A stretch of 64,000 nt of DNA from an uncultured Clostridia bacterium (GCA_944387555.1 CALXFH010000007.1:717-64716); one strand, 5' to 3'; shown: positions 1-10,826, counted from the first letter of the stretch. Notes: generated by a model from the sequence alone, not told the origin. Made by a program: numbers and translations.

Positions 1-27
1 TGGTAAATTCATATTAATCCCCTCACT

Positions 28-1245
28 TTAATTCCTATTTAATACTTCAATTGCTTTTTGTAATTGTGTATCTTGGCTTCTTTCTACATTTAATACATTT
101 GTTACTGTATCTGGTAATTCTACATTTTCATCTGGCTCTATACCTATTTTATTTATTTCAGTTCTATTTGGAGTTAAATATTTTTCTGAAGTTATTTTTA
201 ATCCACTTCCATCTGGTAATGTAAGTAATTGTTGTATTACTCCTTTACCATATGTTTTTGTTCCTACTATTGTTGCTTTTCCATGGTCTTTTAATGCTCC
301 TGCAAGTATTTCTGAAGAACTTGCTGTATTTTCGTTTGTTAGCAATACTATTGGCATATTAATTATTGGATCATCAGTTGTTTTTTCTACTTCTTCATTA
401 TTATTTTTATCTACTTCATATAAAATAACTGAGTCTTTATCTAATATATAGTTTGCTATTTGTAAAGCCTCATCTACAATTCCTCCACCATTATTTCTTA
501 AATCTATTATTAGTGAAGTAATTCCTTGATTTTGTAATTCTTCAAATTTAGCTTTAAACTCATCTGCTGTTCCTTCATCAAATGATGAAAATTCTATATA
601 ACCAATATTTCCTTCTAATACTTCTCCCTCAACTGGATTTGTTCTTATATTTTCCCTTGTTAATTCAAAGTTTAATGTTTCATTACCTCTTAAAACTTCT
701 AATTTAACAGTTGTTCCTTCTTCTCCTTTTATTTTATTTGATGCTTCTGTCATTTGATCTCCTGAATAATTAACACCATCTACTGCTGTTATATAATCTC
801 CTGGTTGAATTCCTGCTCTTTCTGCTGGACCTCCTTTTATTGGAGATAATACCATTATCCTGTTAGCATCTGTATCTTGTACCATATATATTCCAACACC
901 TACAAAATTTCCTGTTGTATCTGCCATATAGTCTGCCATGTCTTCTTTAGAGATATATTCTGTATATTCATCTCCTAAGCCTGCTACATATCCTTTTATT
1001 GCACCTTCTTTTAAATCTTCTTCATTGACATCTCCTAAATAATATTTATCTATTATTTTTCTATATCGGTCTAATGTATCTACTATTTCTTCATTTTCTT
1101 TTGACTCTGCTACTAAACTTTTTCCAAAGCCATCATTTGTAAAATATTGATACATTCCAATTGATGTTAATAAAAAAGTTACAAATGCAACTAAAATAAC
1201 TAGCATCACTATTTTATAAGTCTTATACCTTTTTCCTTCTTCCAT
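28..1245 (-). CDS. ctpA: S41 family C-terminal processing protease with PDZ domain
   Basis: N-terminal TM anchor, PDZ (FVGVGI...GPAERAGI), DLRNNGGG, TASSSE and GTKTYGKG motifs; typical position downstream of ftsEX-M23. Confidence 0.9.
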   Translation of the reverse strand: MEEGKRYKTYKIVMLVILVAFVTFLLTSIGMYQYFTNDGFGKSLVAESKENEEIVDTLDRYRKIIDKYYLGDVNEEDLKEGAIKGYVAGLGDEYTEYISKEDMADYMADTTGNFVGVGIYMVQDTDANRIMVLSPIKGGPAERAGIQPGDYITAVDGVNYSGDQMTEASNKIKGEEGTTVKLEVLRGNETLNFELTRENIRTNPVEGEVLEGNIGYIEFSSFDEGTADEFKAKFEELQNQGITSLIIDLRNNGGGIVDEALQIANYILDKDSVILYEVDKNNNEEVEKTTDDPIINMPIVLLTNENTASSSEILAGALKDHGKATIVGTKTYGKGVIQQLLTLPDGSGLKITSEKYLTPNRTEINKIGIEPDENVELPDTVTNVLNVERSQDTQLQKAIEVLNRN

Positions 1246-1373
1246 TTTTTAGCCTCCATTTTAAATTTTCCTTATGCTACCAAAGCTGGGCGGATATTTT
1301 CCGCCCATATAATTTACGTATTTAATTAATTATATGTTTTCTTATTTATTAAATTACAACAAAATCTTTTTGC

Positions 1374-2627
1374 TTAGAAATAATTATTTGGGTTTACTCT
1401 AGAATCATCCCCATATTTTTTAGCTACGTAACTATAATTATATGGTGATTTTCTTACTTCAAAATGTAAATGTGGTCCTGATGAATTTCCTGTACTTCCA
1501 CTAAGCATTATTTGTTGTCCTTGTTTTACTGTTTGTCCTGGTGATACAGATATTGAACCTCGTGTTCCATGTCCATACCAAGTTTGTAATCCATTTGCAT
1601 GTTGTATTACAACATATGTTCCATAACTTGTTGGCAAATCTTTTGTAGTCATTACAACTCCATCAGCTGCTGCATATACAGGCGTTCCTGAATCAACTGC
1701 ATAATCTATTGCACCATGGAATTTTCCAGAAGAATAATATCCATTTGTAGAAATATAACTATAGCTTTTTATTGGTACTATAAATATTCCTGATCCAGAA
1801 CCTGTTGTTGTTCCTCCAGAATGTCCACCATTTTGTCCGCTACCGCCATTACCACTATTGCTATTATTACTATTGTTTGCCTGATTCTTTAATGCATCTA
1901 ATTGTGCTTTATATTTTTCTTGTGCTATTTTAATTTCATTTAATATTTGTTGATTATCTTTTTCTAATTGATCAATTTCTTCCTGTATATCTTGTTCTTC
2001 TGCTGATAACTCAGTTACTTTTTGACTTTTTTCATTTCTTGCTACTTCTAATTGTGCTGAGACACTTTCTTTTTGTGTTTTAGAATTAGCTAATTCTGTT
2101 TTACTGTTTTCTAATTCTGTTTTTGCACTTTCAACTTCTTGTCTTTCTTCTTCTAGTCCATCTAAAAGTTCTGTATCTGCCTCTGCTAATTCTGATGCCA
2201 AATAAAATCCAGAAATCATATCAACAATATTGTCTGAAGAAGATAGCATTATATCTAAATATGTTGTATCTCCTGACTCTTGCATTACGACTAGTCTTTC
2301 TTCGGCTAACTTTTTATTCTCATCATATTTTGCTTGTGCTTCATCTAACTTCTTTTGTGATTCTTCTATTTGAGTATTTAAATCACTAATTTTAGTATCT
2401 AACTCATTAATTTGTGATTGGTAATTAGATATTTGACCATTTAAGTCATCCACTTCTTGTTGAGTATCTGACTTTTCTTCCTGCACATTACCTTTTTGTT
2501 CTTTTAGTTCATCAATCTTATCATTATTTTTTTCTACTGTTTCATTTGTCGCAGCCATTGCAATTGTTTGTAATATCATAACCAGCACAATAACTATTCC
2601 GAGTATTTTTAAACCTATCTTTTTCAT
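1374..2627 (-). CDS. Coiled-coil M23 peptidase (EnvC/CwlO-like), paralog 3
   Basis: Signal peptide, long coiled coil, N/G-rich linker, HGAID, YGH and HLHFE zinc motifs. Confidence 0.9.
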   Translation of the reverse strand: MKKIGLKILGIVIVLVMILQTIAMAATNETVEKNNDKIDELKEQKGNVQEEKSDTQQEVDDLNGQISNYQSQINELDTKISDLNTQIEESQKKLDEAQAKYDENKKLAEERLVVMQESGDTTYLDIMLSSSDNIVDMISGFYLASELAEADTELLDGLEEERQEVESAKTELENSKTELANSKTQKESVSAQLEVARNEKSQKVTELSAEEQDIQEEIDQLEKDNQQILNEIKIAQEKYKAQLDALKNQANNSNNSNSGNGGSGQNGGHSGGTTTGSGSGIFIVPIKSYSYISTNGYYSSGKFHGAIDYAVDSGTPVYAAADGVVMTTKDLPTSYGTYVVIQHANGLQTWYGHGTRGSISVSPGQTVKQGQQIMLSGSTGNSSGPHLHFEVRKSPYNYSYVAKKYGDDSRVNPNNYF

Positions 2628-2683
2628 AAGTTCCTCCTATAATTTTTACTAATGTACTTCATTTATAAGAAATAATTAATAAC

Positions 2684-3841
2684 TTAAGGTAAATATGGCA
2701 TTGGATTTACACAACTTGAATATCCATAACCAGGTGTTCTAATTTCAAAATGTAAGTGTGCACCCGTTACATTTCCACTAGCTCCTGATAACATTATTTG
2801 TTGTCCTTTAGTTACTTTTTGTCCTTTACTTACATTAACACTTGATGCATGAGCATAAAAACTGTATACATTATTCCCGTGATATATTTCTACGTAATTT
2901 CCATAAGCACTATTATATCCTGTATCAAATACTTGTCCATCTCCAACTGCATATACTGGTGTTCCTGATCCTACTGGGAAATCAACTCCTGTATGGTATC
3001 CAGAACTCCAATATGGTCCAGAAACACCATATCCTGTTCCTATTCTATTATTTGATACTGGCCAACCAAATCCAAAAGAGCTTGTATCTGTATTGCTATT
3101 GTTTCCTCCAGAATTATTTTTATCATATTCTGCTTTCATTCTAGCAATTTCACTTTTAATACTTGCTTCATGGTCTACCAATTCATCAATTTCTGCTTGA
3201 AGACTTTGTTCTTCTTCTGATAAACTTGCTACTTGTGCATTTTTTTCATTTTTTAAAGTTTGTAACTGAGCTGATGCACTTTCTTTGGTTGTTTTTGCAT
3301 TATCTAATTCTGTTTTGTTATTTTCTAACTCTGTTTTAGCATTTTCAAGTTCTTGTCTTTCATTTTCTAATCCATCTAAAAGTTCTGTATCTGCTTCTGC
3401 TAATTCTGATGCTAAATAATAGCTAGAAATCATATCTGTTATGCTGGTAGAAGTAAGTATCATGTCCAAGTATGTTGTATCTCCAGATTCTTGCATTACA
3501 ACTAATCTTTCTTCTGCCAATTTTTTATTTTCATCATATTTTGCTTGTGCTTCATCTACTTTTTCTTGAGATTCTTTTATTTTAGCATTTAAGTCATTTA
3601 TCTGAGTGTCTAAATCATTTATTTGAGCTTGATAATTAGATATTTGTGTTGTTAACTCTTCAACTTGCGACATAGTTTCAGATTTTTGATTTTGAACATT
3701 CTCTAGTTCCTCTTTTTTATCTTCAATTTCATTACTTACATTGTTCAAATCCTCTTGAGAAACTGCCATTACACAATTAAATTGTAATACCATAATTGCT
3801 ACTAAAACTACCCCTAATATTTTTAGTCCAATTTTTTTCAT
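2684..3841 (-). CDS. Coiled-coil M23 peptidase, paralog 2
   Basis: Signal peptide, coiled coil, HTGVD, YAH and HLHFE motifs. Confidence 0.9.
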   Translation of the reverse strand: MKKIGLKILGVVLVAIMVLQFNCVMAVSQEDLNNVSNEIEDKKEELENVQNQKSETMSQVEELTTQISNYQAQINDLDTQINDLNAKIKESQEKVDEAQAKYDENKKLAEERLVVMQESGDTTYLDMILTSTSITDMISSYYLASELAEADTELLDGLENERQELENAKTELENNKTELDNAKTTKESASAQLQTLKNEKNAQVASLSEEEQSLQAEIDELVDHEASIKSEIARMKAEYDKNNSGGNNSNTDTSSFGFGWPVSNNRIGTGYGVSGPYWSSGYHTGVDFPVGSGTPVYAVGDGQVFDTGYNSAYGNYVEIYHGNNVYSFYAHASSVNVSKGQKVTKGQQIMLSGASGNVTGAHLHFEIRTPGYGYSSCVNPMPYLP

Positions 3842-3869
3842 AAGTTCCTCCTACTTTCTTTTTTACTTT

Positions 3870-5105
3870 TTATTGGCTTGTTTCATTATTTTGTGCTTCT
3901 TCATTTGTTTGCGTCTGTGGTACTAATCCATTTGTTATATATGGCATTGGGTCTGTTACAACACCATTTAGTCTTACTTCAAAATGTGCATGTGCTCCTG
4001 TTGAATATCCTGTTGAACCTACTTTTAGTACTAGGTCACCCCTTTTTACTGTTTGTCCTACTTGAACTAAAATTTCTGATCCATGTGCATATAATGTAGA
4101 AACTCCTCCACCATGGTCTATTATTACCATGTTTCCATATGCACTATTATAACTTGCTTTTGTGACTATTCCATCATTTGCTGCAATGAAATTTGCACCA
4201 ATTGGGGCAACAATATCTACACCTGTATGTAACTTATAAACTCCTGTAATTGGATGAGTTCTCATTCCATATTTAGAACTTATTCTTGTATAACCAGGAA
4301 CTGGCCATGCAAGTTCTCCTCCAATATACTGTGATGCTATACTTCCCTGTGCTAATTCTAATATTTCTTTATTTATTTCATCATATCTTGCATTATATTC
4401 ATCTATTTGTGCTTGAATTGCCTTTTCTTGATCTGATAATTTAGATATGAAATTTTCTCTTACTGTTTTAGTATTTTCTAAAATAGTAGCTGTTTTTGTT
4501 TGATTTGCTTTTATTGTTGCTAATTGTTCTCTATCTTGCTCTAATTTTTGTTTTGATAATTCTATCTCATCTTTTTTAGCTTGCATATCATCTAATAAAT
4601 CCATTTCATAACTTGCAAGCTCTGATATTAAGAAATAACTAGATAAGAATTCTGAAATATTTTTAGAGCTAAGTAAAACGTCTAAATACTCTACATCATT
4701 TGATTCTTGTACTTCAACCAAATAATTATCTAATAATTTTTTTTGTGAATCATAAGATTCTTGAGCACTATTTAGACTTGCTTCTACTTCATCTATTGAG
4801 CTCTGTAAATCTGTTATTTGTGTATTTAAATCATTTAGCTCCTGCTCTGATTCAGAAATCCTTTCATCTAATTTTTGTACTTGCTGTAAATTTTCTGATA
4901 AATCGTTTTGTACTCCCTCTAATTGTCCGCTTGCCTCATTCATTTGATTTTGAATTTCGTTTCTTTCATTTTGTAAATTTTCTACTGCTGTATTGGTTGT
5001 ATTATTTGTCTGGTTATTTTCTGTTTCATTTTCTGCATGTACATAAGGAAAAATACTAAATATCATCATTACAAAAGCTAAAATTATAATTAAAAACTTT
5101 CGCAT
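3870..5105 (-). CDS. Coiled-coil M23 peptidase, paralog 1 (adjacent to ftsX)
   Basis: Signal peptide, coiled coil, HTGVD, YAH and HAHFE motifs. Confidence 0.9.
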   Translation of the reverse strand: MRKFLIIILAFVMMIFSIFPYVHAENETENNQTNNTTNTAVENLQNERNEIQNQMNEASGQLEGVQNDLSENLQQVQKLDERISESEQELNDLNTQITDLQSSIDEVEASLNSAQESYDSQKKLLDNYLVEVQESNDVEYLDVLLSSKNISEFLSSYFLISELASYEMDLLDDMQAKKDEIELSKQKLEQDREQLATIKANQTKTATILENTKTVRENFISKLSDQEKAIQAQIDEYNARYDEINKEILELAQGSIASQYIGGELAWPVPGYTRISSKYGMRTHPITGVYKLHTGVDIVAPIGANFIAANDGIVTKASYNSAYGNMVIIDHGGGVSTLYAHGSEILVQVGQTVKRGDLVLKVGSTGYSTGAHAHFEVRLNGVVTDPMPYITNGLVPQTQTNEEAQNNETSQ

Positions 5106-5115
5106 ATTTTCTCCT

Positions 5116-6018
5116 TTATACTTTTAAATATTTTCTCATTGAGATTACACTTCCAAGAACACCTATACCAATTCCTAGTAACATATAAACAAATATTATT
5201 GAGTTAAACATGTCACTAAAGCTAATTAGGTTCATGTTAATTAATTGCATAAACTCTGAACTTACTAATTTATCTGCTATAAATGTATAAGCTCCTCCTA
5301 CTATTACAATTGAAATTATACTTGCTAAAATTCCTATTATCATACCTTCTACAATAAAAGGCCATCTTATAAATCCATTTGTTGCTCCAACATATTTCAT
5401 AATAGAAATTTCTTTTCTTCTTGCGTGTACAGTAAGTTTTATTGTATTTGCTATAATAAATATTGAAATTATAATTAATAAAGCTAAGATTACTCCTGTT
5501 ACGATTTTAATTCCATTTGCTAAATTTATTAAAGTTGTTACAACTTCATCTTTGCTAGTAATTTTCTTTACTGCATCATATGTATTAATTTGTTCTTGTA
5601 CTTCTTTACTCTTTGTTAAATCTGTTAACGTTACTACATAAGAAGCAGTAAATATGTTATTTTCACCTTCGTATCCATCTAATAAATCTTGTCTATCTCC
5701 AAATCTTTCTTTCATTTGTTCTAATGCTTCATCTTTTGATACAAAGTCTACAGTACTTACTCCATCAATCGCTCTTATTTTTTCTCCTAATTCATCAATT
5801 TGCTCTTGTGTAGCATCATTTTTAACAAATACTTGTATTCCTTGTTCTGATTCTACTTCATCTACAAAGTGATTAATGTTTTCTCCTAAAATTAGAAATA
5901 TTCCAAATATAATCATAGTAGCACACATAATCATAAGAGAAGCACCAGTTGATTTCTTATTTTTAAATACATTACTAAATCCTTCACCTATAAAATATCC
6001 TAATACGCTATATTTCAT
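5116..6018 (-). CDS. ftsX: Cell division permease FtsX
   Basis: IANTIKLTVHARRKEISIMKYVGAT motif; start moved to ATG 6018 (MKYSVLGY), overlapping the ftsE end. Confidence 0.95.
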   Translation of the reverse strand: MKYSVLGYFIGEGFSNVFKNKKSTGASLMIMCATMIIFGIFLILGENINHFVDEVESEQGIQVFVKNDATQEQIDELGEKIRAIDGVSTVDFVSKDEALEQMKERFGDRQDLLDGYEGENNIFTASYVVTLTDLTKSKEVQEQINTYDAVKKITSKDEVVTTLINLANGIKIVTGVILALLIIISIFIIANTIKLTVHARRKEISIMKYVGATNGFIRWPFIVEGMIIGILASIISIVIVGGAYTFIADKLVSSEFMQLINMNLISFSDMFNSIIFVYMLLGIGIGVLGSVISMRKYLKV

Positions 6019-6694
6019 AATCATAACCGCCTTTTTTATCATCTCTAACTATTTCGCCCTTGCGAATGTGTATTACTCTTTTTTTCATTTTGTTTACTAT
6101 GTCTTTTGCATGAGTTGCAACAACTACTGTTGTTCCTCTCATGTTGATATCATTTAATAGATTCATTATATCCCATGCTGTATCTGGATCTAAGTTTCCT
6201 GTTGGTTCGTCTGCTATAAGCATTGAAGGATTATTTACTAATGCTCTTGCTAAAGCTACCCTTTGTTGTTCTCCTCCTGATAGTTCATTTGGATACATTT
6301 TAGCTTTTCCACTTAATCCTACAAGTGATAGTACCATTGGAACTTGTCTTCTTATATGTCTTGGCGTAGCTCTTACAATATACATAGCATATGCTACATT
6401 ATCATATACTGTTTTATCTGGTAAAAGCCTAAAATCTTGGAACACAACTCCCATACTTCTTCTTAAATATGGTATTCTATTTGGTTTTAAAAACGTTGTA
6501 TCTTTTCCATTTATTATTATATTTCCTGATGTTGGTTCTTCTTCTTTTAATATTAGTTTAATAAGTGTTGATTTTCCACTTCCTGAAGAACCTACTAAAA
6601 ACGCAAATTCACCTTTGTCTATAACAAAGTTCGCATTTTTAATAGCTTTAGTTCCTGTGTCATATATTTTTGTGACATTTCTAAATTCTATCAT
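6008..6694 (-). CDS. ftsE: Cell division ATP-binding protein FtsE
   Basis: GSSGSGKS, VFQDFRLL, LSGGEQQR, ADEPTGNLD. Confidence 0.95.
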   Translation of the reverse strand: MIEFRNVTKIYDTGTKAIKNANFVIDKGEFAFLVGSSGSGKSTLIKLILKEEEPTSGNIIINGKDTTFLKPNRIPYLRRSMGVVFQDFRLLPDKTVYDNVAYAMYIVRATPRHIRRQVPMVLSLVGLSGKAKMYPNELSGGEQQRVALARALVNNPSMLIADEPTGNLDPDTAWDIMNLLNDINMRGTTVVVATHAKDIVNKMKKRVIHIRKGEIVRDDKKGGYDYEI

Positions 6695-6905
6695 TTTGAA
6701 CTACTCCTTACCTTTAGTTTTTTTATATGTTTTTTCGGCATAGTATTCTATCTTACTTTACTCTCTTATAATAACAATAAAGTTTGTTTTTTGCAATAGT
6801 TTTTTCTAAAAAATATGATAGAAAATGTTGGTTTTTCTCCTTCATTTTCTCTTTTTCGCCCTTTTTCTTTATTTTTCAAAATTTACAAAAAATTCACAAA
6901 AATTT

Positions 6906-7001
6906 GGGACGTTTCCTTTTTCACATTTTTGCGCAATCTGGGACACATCTTAATATGATATGTCCCCAAATGCACATTTTTAGTTAAAAGGAAACGTCCC
7001 C
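6906..7001. repeat. REP-like nested palindromic element, copy A
   Basis: Outer IR GGGACGTTTCCTTTT/AAAAGGAAACGTCCC and inner IR GGGACACATC/GATATGTCCC; near-identical element at 59179-59282. Confidence 0.85.
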
Positions 7002-7919
7002 GATTTTTTCTATTACTTCTTTTGCAGTTATTCCAAAATACTCCATTAATTTTTCTGCTTTTCCTGATTTTCCAAATGTATCATGAACTCCTAATCTAAT
7101 TAATTTTGTAGGATATTCATCTGTTAATACTTCAGATATAGCTGTTCCTAAACCTCCTATTATATTATGGTCTTCTATTGATATTAATTTTTTAGTTTCT
7201 TTTGCACATTTTATAATAAGCTCTCTATCTATTGGTTTTATTGTATGAATATCTACTACTCTTATATTTACTCCTTTTTCTTCTAATATTTTTTTAGCAA
7301 TTAAAGCTTGTTCTACTGTTACTCCTGTTGCAAATACTGTTGCATCTGTTCCTTCTCCTATTTGCACGCCTTTTCCTATTTCAAATTTTTGGTTTTCATC
7401 ATATATTTTAGCTGTCTTCATTCTAGCAAGTCTTAAATATACTGGACCATTAAATTTAGATATTTCTTTTACTGCCCATTTTGTCTGGGCATCATCACAA
7501 ACAGACATTACAGTCATATTTGGCATTGTTCTCATCATTGAAATATCTTCTAACATTTGATGTGTTGCTCCATCTTCCCCAACAGTTACACCTGAGTGTG
7601 TTGCACATATTTTTACATTTAATTTTGGATAAGCTATGCTACATCTTATTTGGTCATAGCTTCTTCCTGTGGCAAATACTGCAAATGTACTTACATATGG
7701 TATTTTTCCACAAGTTGCAAGTCCTGCTGCTGTTCCCATCATATTTGCTTCTGCTATTCCCATATCAAAAAATCTATCAGGAAATTCTTTTGCAAACATA
7801 TTTGTTTTGGTTGCTGTTGATACATCTGCATCTAAAACAACTATATTTTTATTTTCTTTTCCAAGCTCTACTAAAGCTTCTCCATAACTTTCTCTTGTTG
7901 CTTTTTTTATCTCTTCCAT
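6984..7919 (-). CDS. tkt: Transketolase, C-terminal subunit
   Basis: GIAEANM, GEDGATHQ, TIKPID motifs. Confidence 0.92.
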   Translation of the reverse strand: MEEIKKATRESYGEALVELGKENKNIVVLDADVSTATKTNMFAKEFPDRFFDMGIAEANMMGTAAGLATCGKIPYVSTFAVFATGRSYDQIRCSIAYPKLNVKICATHSGVTVGEDGATHQMLEDISMMRTMPNMTVMSVCDDAQTKWAVKEISKFNGPVYLRLARMKTAKIYDENQKFEIGKGVQIGEGTDATVFATGVTVEQALIAKKILEEKGVNIRVVDIHTIKPIDRELIIKCAKETKKLISIEDHNIIGGLGTAISEVLTDEYPTKLIRLGVHDTFGKSGKAEKLMEYFGITAKEVIEKIGDVSF

Positions 7920-7933
7920 ATTAAAACCTCACT

Positions 7934-8752
7934 TTATTTTAATTCTTCAATAGCAATTTTATATTGTTCTTCATTTGGTGCTTTTCCATGCCATTCTACC
8001 TTGTTTTCCATATATGATACACCTTTTCCTTTAATAGTTTTTGCAATTATACATACTGGCTTTTCTTTTACATTCATAGCTACTTCAAATGCGCTCATAA
8101 TTTCTTCAATATTATGTCCATCTATATTTATTATTTGAAATCCAAAGCTTTTAAATTTTTCGTCTATTTTATCTAAGCCACCAACTTCTTCTATTGTGCC
8201 ATCTATTTGTAAATTATTATTATCTACAATGACACACAAATTATCTAGCTTGTATTTAGAAGCTGACATTGCCGCTTCCCAAATCTCGCCTTCTTCTATT
8301 TCTCCATCTCCTAACACGCAATATACTCTATAATCTTTTTTATCCATCTTTCCTGCAAGTGCCATTCCTACTGCTGCTGACAATCCTTGTCCAAGTGACC
8401 CTGTTGACATATCTACTCCTGGTACTTTTGTCATATCAGGATGTCCTTGAAGATTACTATCTATTTTTCTAAACCCTTCTAATTCAGAAACTTCAAAAAA
8501 TCCTCTATTTGCTAGACAACTATATAATGCTGGTACACAATGTCCTTTTGATAATACAAATCTATCTCTATCTTCCCATTTAGGATTTTTCTCATCTACT
8601 CGTAAAACATTAAAATACAATACTGTCATTATATCTGCAATAGAGAGTGATCCTCCTGGATGTCCAGACCCTGCTTTATATACTTGGTCAACAATTCCTC
8701 TTCTTATAACTTTTGCTTGTTTTTCTAATTCTTCTACACTTTCTAATTTCAA
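7934..8752 (-). CDS. tkt: Transketolase, N-terminal (TPP-binding) subunit
   Basis: SGHPGGSLS, LSKGH, GDGEIEEG; likely TTG start at 8752 after GAGGTG. Confidence 0.92.
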   Translation of the reverse strand: MKLESVEELEKQAKVIRRGIVDQVYKAGSGHPGGSLSIADIMTVLYFNVLRVDEKNPKWEDRDRFVLSKGHCVPALYSCLANRGFFEVSELEGFRKIDSNLQGHPDMTKVPGVDMSTGSLGQGLSAAVGMALAGKMDKKDYRVYCVLGDGEIEEGEIWEAAMSASKYKLDNLCVIVDNNNLQIDGTIEEVGGLDKIDEKFKSFGFQIINIDGHNIEEIMSAFEVAMNVKEKPVCIIAKTIKGKGVSYMENKVEWHGKAPNEEQYKIAIEELK

Positions 8753-8885
8753 ATATCTCACCTCAAAACTAATATAACACAGATTATATTTTTTTACTAC
8801 TAATATTTAAAAATTTTCATTCTATTTTATATTTGTCCATCATATGTTATAATGTGTTACATATAAAAAAAGGTAAGGTGATTAT

Positions 8886-10283
8886 ATGTTAGATGATGTT
8901 ATTGATAATTTAAAAGATGATATTGTAAAAACTACACAAGAATTAATAAGAATTCCAAGTGTATATGAAAAATCTAATGATAAAAAAATGCCATTTGGTA
9001 AAAATGTAAATTCTGCTTTAGAATATATGTTAGACTTAGGAAATAGATTAGGTTTTAGAACTAAAAATATAGATGGTTATTGTGGTTATATAGAATTTGG
9101 AGAAGGTTCTGAATTACTTGGTATTATTGGACATTTAGACGTAGTACCAGAAGGAACTGATTGGACCTATCCACCTTTTTCAGGGACAATAGCAGATGGA
9201 AAAATTTTTGGTAGAGGTGCAATTGACGATAAAGGTCCAGTTGTAGCCAGTTTATATGCTATGAAAGCTGTTATGGATAATTGCAAATTAAATAAAAGAG
9301 TACGTTTAATTATTGGTCTTAATGAAGAAAATGATTGGAAATGTATTGATTATTATAAAGAACATGAAGAAGCTCCAACTGTTGGCTTTAGTCCAGATGC
9401 TGATTTTCCATGTATTTATGCTGAAAAATCTATTTTAAGTTGTTATATAAAACAAAATTATAAAAATAATTCTAAAATTAAAATAAAAGAAGTTGACTGT
9501 AACAATAATGCACTTAATGTAGTTCCTAAATTTTGTAGTTTAGTTTTAGAAATTGATGATAATATCGAAATGAATGACTTAATTAAAACTTTAAAACATT
9601 ATATTAAGGAAAACAATTTTGAAATAGATATTTATAAATTAAGTAATACTGAAGTAAAACTAACATCATATGGAATTGGTGCACATGCTGCTCATCCTGA
9701 TATGGGTGTAAATGCTATTTCTAGACTACTTGTAATTCTTTCCTCAATATTTAGCTACTTTAATTGTAATTTAGAATTACTAGACTTTTTTAATAAATAT
9801 ATAAACACAGAATATGACGGAAAATCTTTAGGTATTTCTTGCAAAGATGAGTCTGGAAATCTTACTTTAAATGTTGGTGACTTTTCATTAGAAAACAATA
9901 TTTTAAAAATTGGTATGAATTTAAGAATACCAATTTATACACCAATTTCTGATATAGAAACTTCATTTAAAACTTTATGTAATAACTATAATAATCTAGA
10001 TTTTGAAACAACTTCAACAGAAGACTTTTTATACGTACCTAAAGATAATAAACTTGTTCAAACTTTATGTAGAATTTTTAATGAAGAAACAAACTCTATG
10101 GCGGAACCTATCGCAATTGGTGGAGCTACATATGCACGTGCTTTTAAAAATTGTATTTCTTTTGGTCCTAATTTTCCAGGTCACAAAGATATGTGCCACC
10201 AAACTGATGAATTTGTTGAAATAGATAATCTAATCCTTGCTTGTAAGATTTATGCAAAAGCAATAATTGAACTTGGAAAATAA
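8886..10283 (+). CDS. pepV: M20 family dipeptidase PepV
   Basis: GHLDVVP, GRGAIDDKGP, NEE, GGATYAR, HQTDE. Confidence 0.88.
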   Translation: MLDDVIDNLKDDIVKTTQELIRIPSVYEKSNDKKMPFGKNVNSALEYMLDLGNRLGFRTKNIDGYCGYIEFGEGSELLGIIGHLDVVPEGTDWTYPPFSGTIADGKIFGRGAIDDKGPVVASLYAMKAVMDNCKLNKRVRLIIGLNEENDWKCIDYYKEHEEAPTVGFSPDADFPCIYAEKSILSCYIKQNYKNNSKIKIKEVDCNNNALNVVPKFCSLVLEIDDNIEMNDLIKTLKHYIKENNFEIDIYKLSNTEVKLTSYGIGAHAAHPDMGVNAISRLLVILSSIFSYFNCNLELLDFFNKYINTEYDGKSLGISCKDESGNLTLNVGDFSLENNILKIGMNLRIPIYTPISDIETSFKTLCNNYNNLDFETTSTEDFLYVPKDNKLVQTLCRIFNEETNSMAEPIAIGGATYARAFKNCISFGPNFPGHKDMCHQTDEFVEIDNLILACKIYAKAIIELGK

Positions 10284-10345
10284 TAATATAAAATTGCTGT
10301 TTTTTGACCTCATCACAAAAAATAGCATGATTTTTATACAAGAAA

Positions 10346-10373
10346 AACCAGTTATTTGTTAACTGGTTCTTTT
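10346..10373. terminator. Intrinsic terminator between convergent pepV and 6S RNA
   Basis: AACCAGTTA-TTTGT-TAACTGGTT stem flanked by A and T runs. Confidence 0.7.
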
Positions 10374-10411
10374 TGTATTTATATAAAGCTTTCTCTATTG
10401 CTCATTATATA

Positions 10412-10600
10412 AATTTCCCCGCCTTAGCCGTTATGCTTATAATTTTTAAGGACCTGCTCCTAAAAACAGGTGGGTGCCTACCTAAATATTCCTGGGCTTC
10501 TTACTACTAATGTAAGCTTGCACGCCATACTTAGAGATTGGCCCCTCTTAATGTGTGTTGGTTCTAAAAATTAAGTTACTCGAACTACGCAGGGTTTATT
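10412..10600 (-). ncRNA. ssrS: 6S RNA
   Basis: GC-rich ~190 nt intergenic segment. The minus strand has CCCTGCGTAGTTCG...GAACCAAC...GGCGTGC...GGCACCCACCTG...GCGGGG with complementary ends, matching clostridial 6S RNAs as I recall them; it has its own promoter. Confidence 0.85.
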
Positions 10601-10622
10601 TTTCTTCTTTTAAGTTATCTTT

Positions 10623-10651
10623 ATTTTAGCACAAGTTATAAATATTATCAA
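10623..10651 (-). promoter_or_regulatory. Sigma-A promoter of 6S RNA
   Basis: TTGATA-N17-TAAAAT with TG extended -10. Confidence 0.7.
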
Positions 10652-10826
10652 CTAGAAATTTCTTCTTATTTCTTGTACTTTTTTATATTATATATTATTA
10701 TCTTCATTTTTTTAATTTATTCTCTTTTAATCTAACTTTTTCGGTATTTGCATTTTTTTCTTCTTTATGATAGAATTAAGTAAGTTTGTGAGGAGTAGAA
10801 AAGACATTTTTCTACTTTTTTTGTTT

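Noticed and set aside
1288-1306. GC hairpin GGGCGGA-TATTT-TCCGCCC as a riboswitch or terminator
   Set aside because: Too short, with no U-tract or aptamer features; at most a lone REP-like stem.
6984-8752. Split transketolase as a frameshifted or broken gene
   Set aside because: Two-gene transketolases are normal in Clostridia, and each half has its own SD and start.
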